DNA of 64,000 nucleotides from Gemmatimonadales bacterium (GTDB lineage Bacteria; Gemmatimonadota; Gemmatimonadetes; Gemmatimonadales; GWC2-71-9), in NCBI GenBank assembly GCA_036505175.1, contig DASXTV010000044.1, positions 1,357 to 65,356 on the forward strand, in the 5' to 3' direction. The notes below the pieces were generated by a model. That model did no database searches and was not told where the DNA came from. It saw only the letters and a program-made list of their open reading frames with translations. Positions 62,857-64,000 of the stretch are shown here, piece by piece; position 1 is the stretch's first letter, and each line of letters opens with the position of its first letter. The position numbers were made by a program, and so were the translations under genes.

Positions 62857-63311
62857 GGGACCATGCACCTCAGCGCCTGGCGTGCTTCGCGGACGTGCCT
62901 CGTCGCAGCGAGCTGCGACGAGTACACGTGCTGTACGACGCCGTCCCGATCGATCACGTAGGTGACGCGCCCGGGTAGAATTCCCAGGGTCCGCTCCACG
63001 CCGTACAGCGCCCGCACGGCGCCATCCTGGTCGCTGAGCAACCTGAACGGCAACTGGTGCCGCGCGGCGAATCGTTTGTGCGATTTGATCGAGTCGGAGC
63101 TGACGCCGACCACTTCCGTATCGGCGGCGGTGAACGTGTCGTAGGCGTCGCGAAACGCGCGCGCCTCGGCCGTGCACCCCGGCGTCGAATCCTTCGGATA
63201 GAAGTAGAGCACGACGTTTTTCTTCCCGACCAGCTCACTCAGGCGGACTGCCTCGCCCCCCTGGTCCGGGAGCGTGAAATCAGGTGCCAGGTCGCCGACG
63301 CGCACGCTCAA
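62853..63311 (-). CDS. bcp: Peroxiredoxin Bcp (thiol peroxidase)
   Basis: GDLAPDFTLPDQ...VVLYFYPKDSTPGCTAEA motif. TTG start forms a TTGA overlap with the upstream stop. Confidence 0.92.
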   Translation of the reverse strand: MSVRVGDLAPDFTLPDQGGEAVRLSELVGKKNVVLYFYPKDSTPGCTAEARAFRDAYDTFTAADTEVVGVSSDSIKSHKRFAARHQLPFRLLSDQDGAVRALYGVERTLGILPGRVTYVIDRDGVVQHVYSSQLAATRHVREARQALRCMVP

Positions 63312-64000
63312 TGGGCCGCCCCTCCGCCACTCGGCATTCCCTTACTCCTGTGCATGAGCAGCAGCAGGGGCAGGGACAGGACAAAGAGGGTCCCGAACAG
63401 CAGGAACAGCTGCTCGAACGACAGCATCATCGCCTGCTTGGTCACGACCCCGTTCAGAAACCCGATTGCCTTTGTCTGGGCAATGGCGGGCAGATCCCCG
63501 CGGGCAATCAGTGCCTGCGTGATCGCCGAGAGCCGCTCGCGCGTTGCCTCGCCGTACAGCGTCACATTGGCCGCGAGATCGGCGCGATGAATCGCGGTGA
63601 AGCGCTGGACGAGGGTCGCCGACAACGCGATGCCGACGCTGCCACCGAGCTGCCGCATCAGGTTGAACAGCCCCGTGCCGTTCGGGATCTTCGACATCGG
63701 CAGATCGGCCAGCGCCAGATTGGTCAGCGGCACGAAGATCAGCCCGAGCCCCACGCCGCGGAAAATCAGCGGCCAGAAGAAGTCAGACATCCCGCTGTCG
63801 GTCGTGAAGTGCGCGTGCTTCCACATCGACAGCGCGAATATCCCGATGCCCGCCGCGATGGATAACCGGCCGTCGAATTTCCCTTGCAACCGGCCCATGA
63901 AGGCCATGGTGAAGGCACTCGCGAGCGCACCCGGCAGAATCACGAGCCCGGTCTGGTTGGCGGTGAAGTTGCGAATGTTTTGCAGGTAAACCGGCAGTAC
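63308..64000 (-). CDS. DHA2 (EmrB/QacA)-type MFS efflux permease, C-terminal part (5' end off-window)
   Basis: The frame stays open to nt 64000 (VLPVYLQNIRNFTANQTGLVILPG...). The tail has a FRGVGLGLIFVPL motif, typical of 14-TM DHA2 transporters. Confidence 0.85.
   Translation of the reverse strand, partial: VLPVYLQNIRNFTANQTGLVILPGALASAFTMAFMGRLQGKFDGRLSIAAGIGIFALSMWKHAHFTTDSGMSDFFWPLIFRGVGLGLIFVPLTNLALADLPMSKIPNGTGLFNLMRQLGGSVGIALSATLVQRFTAIHRADLAANVTLYGEATRERLSAITQALIARGDLPAIAQTKAIGFLNGVVTKQAMMLSFEQLFLLFGTLFVLSLPLLLLMHRSKGMPSGGGAAH

Noticed and set aside
1-64000. Search for CRISPR arrays, tRNA/rRNA genes, IS elements, integrases, prophage or defence-island signatures
   Set aside because: Intergenic spacers are almost all under 120 nt. 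None shows repeat-spacer periodicity or a cloverleaf-capable sequence. No transposase, integrase, restriction, Cas, toxin or phage-like protein motif was seen in any frame. No compositional break was noticed by eye.

Overview
High-GC (about two-thirds G+C by eye) bacterial chromosomal DNA, roughly 97% coding, with about 61 protein genes. Many genes are joined by 1-14 nt stop/start overlaps (ATGA, GTGA, TTGA). I found no rRNA, tRNA, CRISPR array, transposase, integrase or phage gene, and composition looks uniform, so this reads as core chromosome rather than an accessory island. Signal peptides ending in A-A-Q and ECF sigma/FecR/SusC(STN)/SusD gene sets suggest a Gemmatimonadota-like organism (inference only). 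Main blocks: (1) ECF sigma/anti-sigma pair with a clean terminator; (2) minus-strand MASE1-GGDEF cyclase, then the RsbR-RsbS-RsbT-RsbX stressosome, MATE and a DUF62 SAM hydrolase, with a divergent LuxR solo; (3) housekeeping genes (apbC, nrnA, amino-acid permease, TonB receptor, guaB); (4) an 11-kb plus-strand gene train: gpmI, small OM beta-barrel, tungstate/molybdate-type ABC permease and ATPase, PTPS-like, fdhD, CoA-binding, mobA, mobB, moeA, GGDEF, M61 peptidase, MarC; (5) two tandem MEDS-domain paralogs; (6) glutaryl-CoA dehydrogenase, a 4x-repeat exported protein, etfB, etfA, ETF-QO; (7) lipoprotein, isocitrate dehydrogenase, Zn-ribbon membrane protein, exported protein, phosphoesterase; (8) cstA, CBM9/DUF5916-like, DUF1259, MFS; (9) a PUL-like ECF/FecR/SusC/SusD set; (10) kup, MFS, DUF885, LeuA-family, M20 peptidase, phosphoesterase, bcp, and a DHA2 MFS cut by the window edge. 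I found no convincing defence or mobile system. The most interesting items are the stressosome wired next to a membrane cyclase, a 435-nt convergent overlap between a LuxR gene and a long ORF, the tandem MEDS pair, the 4x-repeat protein inside the ETF cluster, and a 37-bp G/C-decamer inverted repeat sitting in frame in an MFS loop. All family calls come from motif recognition by eye, not from searches.
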